Shown: positions 1 to 8,828, numbered from the stretch's first letter. The stretch is DNA of 64,000 bases from an uncultured Candidatus Rokubacteria bacterium (GCA_963747235.1 CAVVEU010000024.1:320001-384000); one strand, 5' to 3'. Notes: a model not told the origin generated them from the letters alone. Numbers and translations are program-made.

Positions 1-394
1 TCTCGACCTGCGGCTTGAACCAGCCCTCGATGGAGGTGGTGATGAAGTTGGACGCGATGAGGAAGATCAGGATGCCGGGCACCAGCGACAGGGCCAGGAA
101 GGCGAGGACGAGCTTGGCCTTGAACTTGGAGCCGATGATCTTCTGCCGCCGCTCGAAGGAGAGCTTGACCAGGTTGCGGAAGAGCAGGACCAGCAGCAGC
201 AGGAAGACGATCAGGTTGAGGTTGAAGAGGAAGAAGACGATGAGGTTGGAGGCGAACGGGATCTGGGGCGCGCGGATGCCCACCTCGAAGACGGTCGCCA
301 CCACCAGGAGGACCAGGATCCCGGTGATGATGAGGAGGTTCCGCTTGCGCTTCTCCTGCTCGTCCACTCGATCCGGCCGGGGCGCGAGCGGCAT
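1..394 (-). CDS. NtrY-like membrane sensor histidine kinase, N-terminal part (runs off window)
   Basis: Own translation from ATG 394 (ATGA overlap with DUF4390 stop): MPLAPRPD...LIVFFLFNLNLIVFLLLLVLLFRNLVKLSFERRQKIIGSKFKAKLVLAFLALSLVPGILIF...SIEGWF, a typical NtrY N-terminus. Not in the ORF track. Confidence 0.8.
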   Translation of the reverse strand, partial: MPLAPRPDRVDEQEKRKRNLLIITGILVLLVVATVFEVGIRAPQIPFASNLIVFFLFNLNLIVFLLLLVLLFRNLVKLSFERRQKIIGSKFKAKLVLAFLALSLVPGILIFLIASNFITTSIEGWFKPQVE

Positions 395-981
395 CACTGG
401 CTCCGCACCGGGGTGAGGAGGCTCGACTGCACCCACGGCGTTTCCTCGGCCTCGCCGGTCATGCGCGCGAACCAGGAGTTGACGCCGCCCAGCGAGACGT
501 CGGAGCGCACCCGCACGTAGTAGAGCTCCTGCTTGTCGAGCGCGGCGACCGGCGCGAGCTGGCCCACCCGGAGCTCGGAGATCACGCGCTGGGCCTCGCG
601 CAGGTCCTTGGTGAGCAGCGGCTCGCGCTGCTCGCCCTTGAGCGGCACGACCTTGTACTCCTTGGTGAGCACGTTGTAGGTGAGCTGGCGCTCCACCATG
701 CGCGCCTGCAGGCGCCGGTCCACGCCCATGCGGGTGTGCTGCCAGAGCTCGACGTAGTACCGCACGTGGGCCGCGATGCCGGTGTGGAGGCTCTCATGGA
801 GCGTGCCGGGCACCGCCCCGAACAGGACCACCGTGACCGTCACGTCGTAGTCGTTGAGGAAGACCGCGAGGTTGCTGATGCGGACCTCGGCGTCCGCGGC
901 CGGCGCGCCCAGCAGGACGGCGGCGAGCAGACCGGCGGCGAGGGCCAACGTCCGGATCGAACGGCGGGGGCAAGTCCTCAT
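394..981 (-). CDS. DUF4390 family exported protein
   Basis: Signal peptide; motifs LHTGI..YYVELW, LTYNVLTKEY and TPW; located next to ntrY as is typical for DUF4390. Confidence 0.75.
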   Translation of the reverse strand: MRTCPRRSIRTLALAAGLLAAVLLGAPAADAEVRISNLAVFLNDYDVTVTVVLFGAVPGTLHESLHTGIAAHVRYYVELWQHTRMGVDRRLQARMVERQLTYNVLTKEYKVVPLKGEQREPLLTKDLREAQRVISELRVGQLAPVAALDKQELYYVRVRSDVSLGGVNSWFARMTGEAEETPWVQSSLLTPVRSQ

Positions 982-1082
982 AGAGCAGCCGGACCATTAT
1001 AGCGTCCGGCCCTACGAGCAGGGCGCTTCGGCCTTGGGCGCTCCGGGGGGTCGGGAAGAGGGGGAGCGGGATGGGTGGCGGC

Positions 1083-1997
1083 CTACAAGGCCGCGACACC
1101 CGGGAGGAACCCGTCGCCGGCGGCCACCCGGGCGGGGACTTGGCGGGTGGCGCGCGCGGCAACCCGCCGGCGGTCGGCCGCCAGGGCCTTCTGGATCGCG
1201 GTCACGAGCTGGTAGTTCAGGGCGTGGCCCGCGTTGCGGCCCACCACGTGCGCCCGGATCGGCCGGCCCAGGAGGAACAGGTCCCCGACCAGGTCGAGGA
1301 TCTTGTGGCGGACGAACTCGTCGGGGAAGCGCAGGCTGTCGTTGAGCACCGAGCGCTTGCCGACGACGATCGCGTTGTCGAGCGAGCCCCCGCGGGCCAG
1401 GCCGTTCTGCCGCATGGCCGGGACGTCCCGGAGAAACCCATACGTCCGGGCCGCGGCCAGCTCGTCGCAGAAGACCTCTTCGGTGATCCCGAAGGTGCCC
1501 GCCTGCAGCCCGATGATCGGATGGTTGTTGTCGAGGGTGTAGCTGACGCGGAGCGAGTCCGCCGGCAGCACCTCGATCCAGCGACTCTCGGTTCCCACGC
1601 GGATCGGCGCGCTGATCGTGATCGGACGGCGAGGGGTCGTGAGACTCGCCCGCCCGGCCGAGCGCAGCAGGTCCACGAAGGGTTTGGCGCTGCCGTCCGC
1701 CGCGGGCACTTCCGGCCCGTCGATGTCCACCATCAGGTTGTCGATGCCGAGCGCCGCTGCCGCCGCCATGAGGTGCTCGATGGTGCGCACGCGCACGCCG
1801 AAGGCGCCGACCGTGGTCGCGGAATTGGTGTCCACGACGTGATCGGCGTTCGCGGGGATCAGGGTGCCATCCGCGGCCCGGAACAGGATCCCGGTATCGG
1901 CCGCGGCGGGGGAGACCGTCATCTTGGCCATCTCACCCGAATGCAGACCGATCCCGTCGAGGCTTACCGGGCGTCTGACGGTCTGCTGGGCGTCCAT
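1083..1997 (-). CDS. lpxC: UDP-3-O-acyl-N-acetylglucosamine deacetylase
   Basis: GIGLHSG, TIEHLMAA, ARTYGF, RHKILDLVGDL and GHALN motifs; start reassigned to ATG 1997 (MDAQQT). Confidence 0.95.
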   Translation of the reverse strand: MDAQQTVRRPVSLDGIGLHSGEMAKMTVSPAAADTGILFRAADGTLIPANADHVVDTNSATTVGAFGVRVRTIEHLMAAAAALGIDNLMVDIDGPEVPAADGSAKPFVDLLRSAGRASLTTPRRPITISAPIRVGTESRWIEVLPADSLRVSYTLDNNHPIIGLQAGTFGITEEVFCDELAAARTYGFLRDVPAMRQNGLARGGSLDNAIVVGKRSVLNDSLRFPDEFVRHKILDLVGDLFLLGRPIRAHVVGRNAGHALNYQLVTAIQKALAADRRRVAARATRQVPARVAAGDGFLPGVAAL

Positions 1998-2013
1998 GAC
2001 CACGTCCCTACTA

Positions 2014-2030
2014 GGCAAGCAAGGTGCCAG
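2014..2030 (-). promoter_or_regulatory. sigma54 (-24/-12) promoter of lpxC
   Basis: Minus strand CTGGCACCTTGCTTGCC matches TGGCAC-N5-TTGC with exact GG-N10-GC spacing. Confidence 0.8.
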
Positions 2031-2102
2031 CCTGGATAGAGACGCGTAACATGCCGATTGAATTGCCATTCTAAGTCACCAGGCAATTCGGATGCTATGT
2101 AA

Positions 2103-2157
2103 GATGTTGCAAGAATGACACACCCCTGAGGGCCGCTTGTGTCGGATAGGCAACATC
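2103..2157. promoter_or_regulatory. Pair of inverted putative enhancer (bEBP-binding) sites
   Basis: GATGTTGC-N6-GACACA (2103-2122) and its inverted copy TGTGTC-N6-GCAACATC (2138-2157), about 100-150 bp upstream of the sigma54-predicted start. Confidence 0.65.
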
Positions 2158-2560
2158 AGAGCTCAAGCCGGGCCCGCACCCGGAACCCCGCCGGGATCGC
2201 CTCCACGGTGGGCCCATCGCTCCCGATGCCCCGGATCAGGCTCCGGACCTGATGCCGCGTGGGTTCCACCGGCTCGCCCCGCAGGAAGGCGTGGAGGCGC
2301 ACCGGCTCGCCCCCCGCGGTCGGGGAGGCGTGGAAGACCACGAACTCGATGGACCGGCAGGCGAAGCCTTCCACCTCGTGGACGTAGAGGCATTCTTCGA
2401 GCCAGCGGCACAGGAGCGCGGGGATGCCGGCGCCGTGCGCCCGCACTTCCCGCACCTCCGTCTCGTCCACCGAGGCGGGATCCACCGCGGCGGCGAAGAG
2501 CGCGAGCGCGATCCGCGCGAAGGCGTCCGGCAGGGTCGCGGCCTCGACGGCGAGTTCCAC
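2156..2560 (-). CDS. Archease-family protein (degenerate)
   Basis: A.TL..AF...ALALF, LLCRWLEECLY, LRGEPV...HQV..IRG pattern and size fit archease; the conserved HTAD, KAVTYH and C-terminal D-I/V motifs are missing or altered. Confidence 0.65.
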   Translation of the reverse strand: MELAVEAATLPDAFARIALALFAAAVDPASVDETEVREVRAHGAGIPALLCRWLEECLYVHEVEGFACRSIEFVVFHASPTAGGEPVRLHAFLRGEPVEPTRHQVRSLIRGIGSDGPTVEAIPAGFRVRARLEL

Positions 2561-2561
2561 C

Positions 2562-3305
2562 TCAGGCGGTGCCCAGATCGCCGTAGCGCGCTTGGAGCAG
2601 CGCCACCGCCACCGCGCCCGCGGTCTCGGTCCGGAGCAGGCGCGGGCCGAGCCCGGCCACGACGGCGCCCGCGTCGACGAGCCCGCGCACCTCGTCGGCG
2701 GTCAGCCCGCCTTCCGGGCCCACCACCACGGTCACGCGCGGGCAGGGCCCGGCCGGCAGGCGCCCGGCGAGCCCCTCGCGCTCCTCCTCCCACAGGCAGA
2801 CCAGCAGCCCGGTCGCGCCCGCTTCGCGAGCCCAGGACGAGACGTCGCGAGGCGCCCCGATCTCCGGGACGGCCGCGCGCCCGCTCTGCTGGGCCGCCTC
2901 CCGGGCGATGCGCTGCCATCGCGCGAGACGCGTGGTCCAACGCGCGGGCTCGAGCCGCACCACCGTCCGCGCGGTCAGTAGCGGGATCACACGCGTGACG
3001 CCGAGCTCGGTGGCCATCCGGACGATGCCGTCCATCTTGTCGCCCTTCGGCACGCCCTGGGCCAGGGTCAGATCGAGGGGCGACTCGGTCGCGAGCGGCG
3101 CGCGGCTCACGATCAGGCCCTCGGCGCGGCGGGGCGCGATCGCGGTGAGGCGCACCGACAGCAGCGCGCCCCCGTGGTCCACCGCCTGCACGACGTCCCC
3201 GACGGCCGCCCGCAGCACGCGGCCCAGGTGATGGGCGGCGGCGGCCTCGAAGGCCACGCGGTCGCCGTCCACCGCGTCCGGCGCCAGGTGCAGGAAGCGG
3301 GTCAC
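2562..3305 (-). CDS. rsmE: 16S rRNA m3U1498 methyltransferase
   Basis: HHLGRVLR, KGDKMD..VRMATELGV, EAAQQSGR, VGPEGG and LGPRLLRTETA; GTG start at 3305 overlaps the prmA stop. Confidence 0.93.
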   Translation of the reverse strand: MTRFLHLAPDAVDGDRVAFEAAAAHHLGRVLRAAVGDVVQAVDHGGALLSVRLTAIAPRRAEGLIVSRAPLATESPLDLTLAQGVPKGDKMDGIVRMATELGVTRVIPLLTARTVVRLEPARWTTRLARWQRIAREAAQQSGRAAVPEIGAPRDVSSWAREAGATGLLVCLWEEEREGLAGRLPAGPCPRVTVVVGPEGGLTADEVRGLVDAGAVVAGLGPRLLRTETAGAVAVALLQARYGDLGTA

Positions 3306-4189
3306 GCGGGCGGTGCCTCGAGGCGCAGCGAGGCCCAGCCTTCCAGCGCCAGGCGCGAGCGGGTCACGAGGCCGGCGCCGGCCAGGGCGTCGCTGACGCG
3401 TCCATCCTCGTCCTGGAGCATCCCCCCCAGCACCAGCGAGCCGCCCGGCGCCACCAGGCGCGCGTACTGCGGGGCCAGCGCCAGGTGGGTGTGGGTCAGG
3501 AGATTTGCCAGGACGAGCGGGAAGCGGCCCGGGATCTCGTGCGGCTCGGCCAGCCGGACGGTCAGGCCGGCGCAGCCGTTCCGGCCCGCGTTGACCTGCG
3601 TGGCCGAGACCGCGTCCGGATCCACGTCGATCGCGAGCACGGACGGCGCGCCGAGCTTGAGCGCCGCGATGGCCAGGATGCCGGTACCGGTCCCGATGTC
3701 GAGCGCGGCCGCGCCGGGCGTGCCCGCCAGCGCTTCCTCGAGCAGCACCAGGCAGCCCTCGGTGGTGCCGTGGTGGCCGGTGCCGAAGGCGCGTCCCGGC
3801 TCGATGATCACGGTCAGGCGCGGGGGGCCGGCCGCGCGCGCGGGCGGCTCGATCCACGGTGGCAGCACGAGGAGGCGCCGCCCCACCTCGCGGGCCGGGA
3901 ACGATTGCTGCCATGCGCTTGCCCAGGCCTCGTCCAGCAGCGGCGTGACCTCGGTGCCCTGCGACTCGATCGTGAAGCCGAGCGATCGGAGCGCCGCCTG
4001 GTAGTCCTGGACCGCGGCCAGCAGCCGGGTGGACGACATGCTCTCGGCGAAGAAGGCGCGCAGGCGCGGCGGGACCCCGGGGGCTTCTTCCTCGACCACG
4101 CCGAGGGCGCCCTGCTCCCAGAGGAAGTTGGTGAGGCCGTCGGAACAGTCGGCGGAGGCGGGGAGGGTGAGCTGCCAGAACGGCATCAA
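3302..4189 (-). CDS. prmA: Ribosomal protein L11 methyltransferase
   Basis: IEPGRAFGTGHHGTT, LDIGTGTGILAI; follows dnaJ. Confidence 0.92.
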   Translation of the reverse strand: MMPFWQLTLPASADCSDGLTNFLWEQGALGVVEEEAPGVPPRLRAFFAESMSSTRLLAAVQDYQAALRSLGFTIESQGTEVTPLLDEAWASAWQQSFPAREVGRRLLVLPPWIEPPARAAGPPRLTVIIEPGRAFGTGHHGTTEGCLVLLEEALAGTPGAAALDIGTGTGILAIAALKLGAPSVLAIDVDPDAVSATQVNAGRNGCAGLTVRLAEPHEIPGRFPLVLANLLTHTHLALAPQYARLVAPGGSLVLGGMLQDEDGRVSDALAGAGLVTRSRLALEGWASLRLEAPPA

Positions 4190-5286
4190 CTACCGAACAG
4201 CTGCTTCATCCGCTCGACGAACTTGGAGGCCCGGGGGCTCGAGTCGCCGTCGTGCGCGCGGCGGAACTCCTCCAGCAGCTCGCGCTGGCGCGCGGTGAGC
4301 TGCGTCGGCACCTCGACGACCACCTCGTACACCGCGTCGCCCCGGCCCCGCCCGCGCAGGTGGGGCATGCCCTTGCCCTTCAAGACGAGGCGCTGGCCCG
4401 GCTGCGTTCCCGCCGGGACCTTCAGGTTCGCGGCGCCGTCGAGCACCGGCACCTCCACCTCGTCGCCGAGCGCCACCTGGGGGAAGGTGAGCGGCAGCTC
4501 GCAGATCAGGTGGGCGCCGTCGCGCACGAAGATCTCGTGGGGCTTGAGGTGGAGCACCACGTAGAGATCCCCGGCCGGCCCGCCCTGCAGCCCGCTCTCG
4601 CCCTCGCCGTTGAGCCGGAGCTGGTTGCCGTTCTCGACGCCGGCCGGGATGGTGACCTTCAGCAGCCGCTCGCGGGACACGCGCCCCTGACCGCGGCAGT
4701 TGAGACACGGGTGCCGGATGATGCGCCCCTCGCCGCGGCAGTTGGGACAGGGGCGCGCCACCGTGAGGAATCCCTGCGTGAAGCGCACCTGGCCCTGACC
4801 GCGGCACGTGCCGCAGACCTCGGGCTGGCTGCCCGCTTCCACGCCGGCCCCGCGGCAGACCTCGCAGGTCTCGAGTCGCGGGACCTGCAGCTTGGTCTCG
4901 AGGCCCTGGGCCGCGTCCTCGAGCGAGATCTCGAGGTCGTAGCGGAGGTCGTCCCCGCGCCGCACCCGCGAGCGGGAGCGGTTGCCGCCCCCGCCGCCGA
5001 AGAACCCCTCGAAGAGATCCTCGAAGATCGTGCCGAAGCCCGTCTCGCCGCCCGCGCCACCCCCTCCACCCACGGTGCCGAAACGGTCGTACTGGGCGCG
5101 CTTCTCGGCGTCGGACAGGATGGAGTAGGCCTCGCTGATCTCCTTGAAGCGATCCTCGGCCTTCTTGTCGCCGGGGTTGCGGTCGGGATGGTAGGCGCGG
5201 GCGAGGTTGCGGTAGGCCTTCTTCAGCGCCGCGTCGTCGGCATCCCGGGGGACGCCGAGGATGCCGTAGAAGTCCTTGGCGGCCAC
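4186..5286 (-). CDS. dnaJ: Chaperone DnaJ (class A)
   Basis: J-domain HPD, G/F region, four CxxCxGxG repeats and C-terminal domain. Confidence 0.97.
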   Translation of the reverse strand: MAAKDFYGILGVPRDADDAALKKAYRNLARAYHPDRNPGDKKAEDRFKEISEAYSILSDAEKRAQYDRFGTVGGGGGAGGETGFGTIFEDLFEGFFGGGGGNRSRSRVRRGDDLRYDLEISLEDAAQGLETKLQVPRLETCEVCRGAGVEAGSQPEVCGTCRGQGQVRFTQGFLTVARPCPNCRGEGRIIRHPCLNCRGQGRVSRERLLKVTIPAGVENGNQLRLNGEGESGLQGGPAGDLYVVLHLKPHEIFVRDGAHLICELPLTFPQVALGDEVEVPVLDGAANLKVPAGTQPGQRLVLKGKGMPHLRGRGRGDAVYEVVVEVPTQLTARQRELLEEFRRAHDGDSSPRASKFVERMKQLFGS

Positions 5287-5287
5287 G

Positions 5288-5833
5288 CTAGTCGTCGGCG
5301 GGGGAGGCGCCCGGCTCGTCCGGGGCCACCGCCACCGTGACCATCGCGGGCCGCAGCACGCGCCCGTGCAGGAGGTAGCCCCGCGCGGTCTCCGCGGCCA
5401 CCGACATGTCGGGCAGGTCCGGGCTCTGCACGCGCGCGATGGCCTCGTGCCGCTCCGGATCGAAGGGCTGGCCCACCGAGGTGAACGGCGTCACGCCGTA
5501 CTTCTCGAGCACGCGCAGCAGCTCGCGCTGGATCAGCTCGACGCCGGTGGTGAGGGAGGTCGCCGGCTCGGAGCGCGCCGCCTGCATGGCCCGGTCGAGA
5601 TTGTCCAGCACCGGGAGGATGTCGCGCAGGAGGGACTCGTTGGCGTAGCGGGTGTACTCCTCGCGCTCCCGCGCGCTGCGCTTGCGCACGTTGTCGAACT
5701 CGGCGACGGTGCGCAGGTAGCGGTCCTGCTGGGCTTCCACCTCGCGGGTCTTGGTCTCGAGGGCATCGCGGAGCCGCTGGATCTCCTCCGCCGCCTCGTT
5801 GGTCACCGGCCCATCGAAGAACGAATCACTCAT
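5288..5833 (-). CDS. grpE: Nucleotide exchange factor GrpE
   Basis: AEFDNVRKR, LPVLDNLDRA, FDPERHEAI, GYLLHGRVLRPAMVTVA. Confidence 0.96.
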   Translation of the reverse strand: MSDSFFDGPVTNEAAEEIQRLRDALETKTREVEAQQDRYLRTVAEFDNVRKRSAREREEYTRYANESLLRDILPVLDNLDRAMQAARSEPATSLTTGVELIQRELLRVLEKYGVTPFTSVGQPFDPERHEAIARVQSPDLPDMSVAAETARGYLLHGRVLRPAMVTVAVAPDEPGASPADD

Positions 5834-5845
5834 GGCAGAAGCCCA

Positions 5846-5860
5846 ATTATAGCAGACGGT
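5846..5860 (-). promoter_or_regulatory. Extended -10 promoter of grpE-dnaJ
   Basis: Minus strand ACCGTCTGCTATAAT (TGn-TATAAT), 12 nt before the grpE ATG. Confidence 0.7.
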
Positions 5861-5879
5861 TGCCCGCAGACTGGGGGAG

Positions 5880-5906
5880 TGCGGGGGCCATTTCTGGGCC
5901 CCCGCA
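5880..5906. repeat. GC-rich inverted repeat (REP-like or terminator-like hairpin) between hrcA and grpE
   Basis: TGCGGGGGCC-ATTTCTG-GGCCCCCGCA, a perfect 10-bp stem. Confidence 0.6.
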
Positions 5907-5935
5907 GATGAAGAGAAGATTCCGGTGTTCGGGCG

Positions 5936-6982
5936 CTACGGCAGATACAGGTGCTGGCGCACCCGGGAGAGGGCGCTGGAGACGACGCGCGCGGTCTCGT
6001 CGACGACCGACATGACCTCCGAGTACGGCATGCGGCGGGGGCCCACCACGCCGAGCACGCCCAGGACCTGGTCGCGGTAGGTGTAGGTGGAGGTGATGAG
6101 GCTGCAGCCCCGCATGTCCTCCATCGGGTTCTCGCTGCCGATCATGACCTGGATGCCGCGCTCCTCGGCCATCCGGGAGAGCAGGTCGATGAGGCGCGCC
6201 TTGTCCTCGAAGGCGCGCAGCACCGAGCGCAGCGTGGCGGTGTCCGACAGGTCCGGATGGTCCAGCATGTTGGTGGCGCCGCTCAGGTAGAGCGTGCGGT
6301 CGCGCAGGAGCGCGACCACCTCGTCGAGCACGCCGCGGCTCCGCGTCCAGAGCGGATCGAGCGGATCGGCGGGCGCGGTCAGATCGTCGAGGATCTCCTG
6401 GAAGGTCTTCCCGCGGAAGCGGCGGGTGAGCGCCCGGCCCGTCTCGCGCAGCTCCTCGCTCCCGCCCCGCGGCACGGTGTTGATCGGCCGCGCGGTGACC
6501 CAGCCCGTGTCCGTCACCAGCACCGCGAGGGCCCGCTCCTCGTCGAGCGCCACCAGCTCGATCCGGTCGAGCGCGGTGTGCTTGAGCGGCGGCGCGAGCA
6601 GCACGCCCATCATGTGCGTGCCCGACGACAGCAGGGCGGGCGCTTCCGCCATCAGGCGCTCGGCCGCGTCGGCCTGCGGCACGCCGGACGGCTGGCCCAC
6701 CGCGGGCGCCTTGCCCGCGACCCACGGCACGCGCTGGAGGTGATCCACGTAGAAGCGGTAGGCGGTGTCCGTCGGGACGCGGCCCGCGGAGGTGTGGGGC
6801 TGCGCCAGGTAGCCCAGCTCCTCGAGATCGGCCATCGCGTTGCGGATGGTGGCCGGGGAGAGGCCGCGGATGTGCCGCCGCGCCACCGCGCGCGAGCCGA
6901 CCGGCTCGCCCGTCTCGACGTACTCCGCGATGACGGCCAGGAGGACCTGGCGGCTTCGCTGGTCGAGGGGCGGAGTGGTCAT
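5936..6982 (-). CDS. hrcA: Heat-inducible transcription repressor HrcA
   Basis: YVETGEPVGS, LSPATIRNAMADLEELGYLAQPHTSAGRVPT, GVVGPRRMPY; true start ATG 6982. Confidence 0.96.
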   Translation of the reverse strand: MTTPPLDQRSRQVLLAVIAEYVETGEPVGSRAVARRHIRGLSPATIRNAMADLEELGYLAQPHTSAGRVPTDTAYRFYVDHLQRVPWVAGKAPAVGQPSGVPQADAAERLMAEAPALLSSGTHMMGVLLAPPLKHTALDRIELVALDEERALAVLVTDTGWVTARPINTVPRGGSEELRETGRALTRRFRGKTFQEILDDLTAPADPLDPLWTRSRGVLDEVVALLRDRTLYLSGATNMLDHPDLSDTATLRSVLRAFEDKARLIDLLSRMAEERGIQVMIGSENPMEDMRGCSLITSTYTYRDQVLGVLGVVGPRRMPYSEVMSVVDETARVVSSALSRVRQHLYLP

Positions 6983-6996
6983 GCGTGATCTTACCG

Positions 6997-8150
6997 CTAG
7001 AGCAGCTCGGTGAACAGGGCGTCCGAGAGAAGGAAGCCGGCCTCGGTGAGGCGGGCCCGGCCGTCCCGCTCCGTGAGCAGGCCGCGCTCGCGCCAGGCGT
7101 CGAGCACCTCGGGCAGGCGCCCGCGCTCGAGGGCGCAGCGCTCGACCAGGCGCTCGGCCGGGATGCCGTCGCTCGTGCGGAGCCCCAGGATCAGCCGCTC
7201 GGCGAGGGCCTGGCGCGGGGTCAGGATCTCGTGGGTCTGGAGCGGCAGGCTCCCGCCCTCCACGAGGGTGCAGTAGCGCTCCACCGGCTTCACGTTGCCG
7301 TACCGCACGTGCCCGAGGAAGCCGCAGGCCCCCGGCCCCAGGGCCAGGTACTCCTCCCACCGCCAGTAGCGCTGGTTGTGGCGCGAGCGGTGATCCGGGC
7401 GCGCGTAGTTGGAGACCTCGTAGTGCTCGAAGCCGGCCTCGCCGGCCAGGCGCGCGAGCGGCCCAGTACTGCGCGGTGACCGTGTCCTCCTCGGGCAGCC
7501 CGGTCACGCCCGCGGCGTGCCAGAGGCTGCCCTCGTCGAGGGTGAGCGCGTAGGCGGAGAGGTGATCCGGGCGCCACGCGAGCACCTCCCGCACGGTGCG
7601 CGTCCACGTGTCCAGGTCGAGCGCGGGCAGGCCGTAGATGAGATCCACGCTGATGTTGTCGAAGCCGGCCTCGCGCGCGGCGTCGGAACGCGCCGGCGGC
7701 CTGGGCGGCCGAGTGCCGCCGGTCGAGCCGCGGCAGGATGCGCGTCGTCCAGGCTCTGCACGCCGAGGCTGATCCGGGTCACCCCCGCGCGCCGGTAGCC
7801 GGCGAGACGCGCCACCGTCACGTCGTCGGGATTGCACTCGACGGTCACCTCGGCGCCGGGCTCGAGCGCGGAAGCGCGCGCGGATGCGATCGAGCACCGC
7901 GGCCATCTGCTCCGGGTCGAGCAGCGACGGCGTGCCGCCGCCGAGGAAGAGCGTGTCGAGCGTGACCGCGCCCGCCCACGGCGCCGCGCCGGCCAGGTCG
8001 CACTCGCGCAGCAGCGCGGTCAGGAAGCGATCGAGCGCCGCCCGGCGTGTAGGGCGCGGTGTTGAAGGAGCAGTAGCCGCACCGCTCCGCGCAGAAGGGC
8101 AGGTGCACGTAGACCCCGAGCCGGGCGGCGCGGGGCGTGAGCGCGGCTAC
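6997..8150 (-). CDS. hemW: Radical SAM heme chaperone HemW (HemN-like), broken by several indels
   Basis: YVHLPFCAERCGYCSF (CxxxCxxC), GGGTPS, TVECNPD, RISLGVQS, DLIYGLP, YEVSNYA and GLRTSDGI spread over several frames; start codon uncertain. Confidence 0.85.
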
Positions 8151-8818
8151 GGCAGGTACTTGCCCAGCCGTTGCCAGCGTAGCCAGTGCCCTTCCCCGTT
8201 CCAGGACCAGTAGATCAGGAAGGCCTTGCCGCGGATCTTGTCGCGGCGGACGAAGCCCCAGTAGCGGCTGTCCTGCGAGTTGTCCCGGTTGTCGCCCATC
8301 ACGAAGTAGGCGCCCTCGGGCACCTTGAGCGGATCGCACCCGTAGGCGTAGCTGCACTGGGCCGACGGGGGCCCGGTGAAGGATCCCGGGCGCACGTACG
8401 GCTCGTCGATGGGGTGGCCGTTCAGCAGCACGCGGTTGTCGCGCACCTGGACGGTGTCGCCGCCCACCGCGATGATGCGCTTGATGAAGTCGCGCGTCTC
8501 GTCGTTGGGGTACTTGAACACCACGACGTCGCCGTGCCGCGGATCGCGCAGGCCGGGGAGGTGCCGGTCGGTCAGCGGGATCTCGGCGCCGAAGAGGAAC
8601 TTGTTGACCAGGATGTAGTCGCCGATCAGCAGGGTGTCCATCATGGAGCCGGAGGGAATCGTGAAGGCCTGCACCGCGAACTGGCGGATGAAGAGGGCCA
8701 GGAGCACCGCGATGATGATCGCTTCCGAGTACTCCCGGAAGAGGGACTTGCGGCGGGGCCGGGTCACCGGGGGCGGCGGTCCGATGTCGCGGTCGGGACG
8801 GACCTGGAGATCGTTCAT
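8147..8818 (-). CDS. lepB: Signal peptidase I
   Basis: IPSGSMMDTL.IGD, FIKRII, MGDNRDNSQDSRYWG. Confidence 0.96.
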   Translation of the reverse strand: MNDLQVRPDRDIGPPPPVTRPRRKSLFREYSEAIIIAVLLALFIRQFAVQAFTIPSGSMMDTLLIGDYILVNKFLFGAEIPLTDRHLPGLRDPRHGDVVVFKYPNDETRDFIKRIIAVGGDTVQVRDNRVLLNGHPIDEPYVRPGSFTGPPSAQCSYAYGCDPLKVPEGAYFVMGDNRDNSQDSRYWGFVRRDKIRGKAFLIYWSWNGEGHWLRWQRLGKYLP

Positions 8819-8828
8819 GCCGGGCCGC

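Noticed and set aside
2046-2060. IHF-like site between the lpxC enhancer and promoter
   Set aside because: Only a partial match to WATCAA-N4-TTR, too weak to call.
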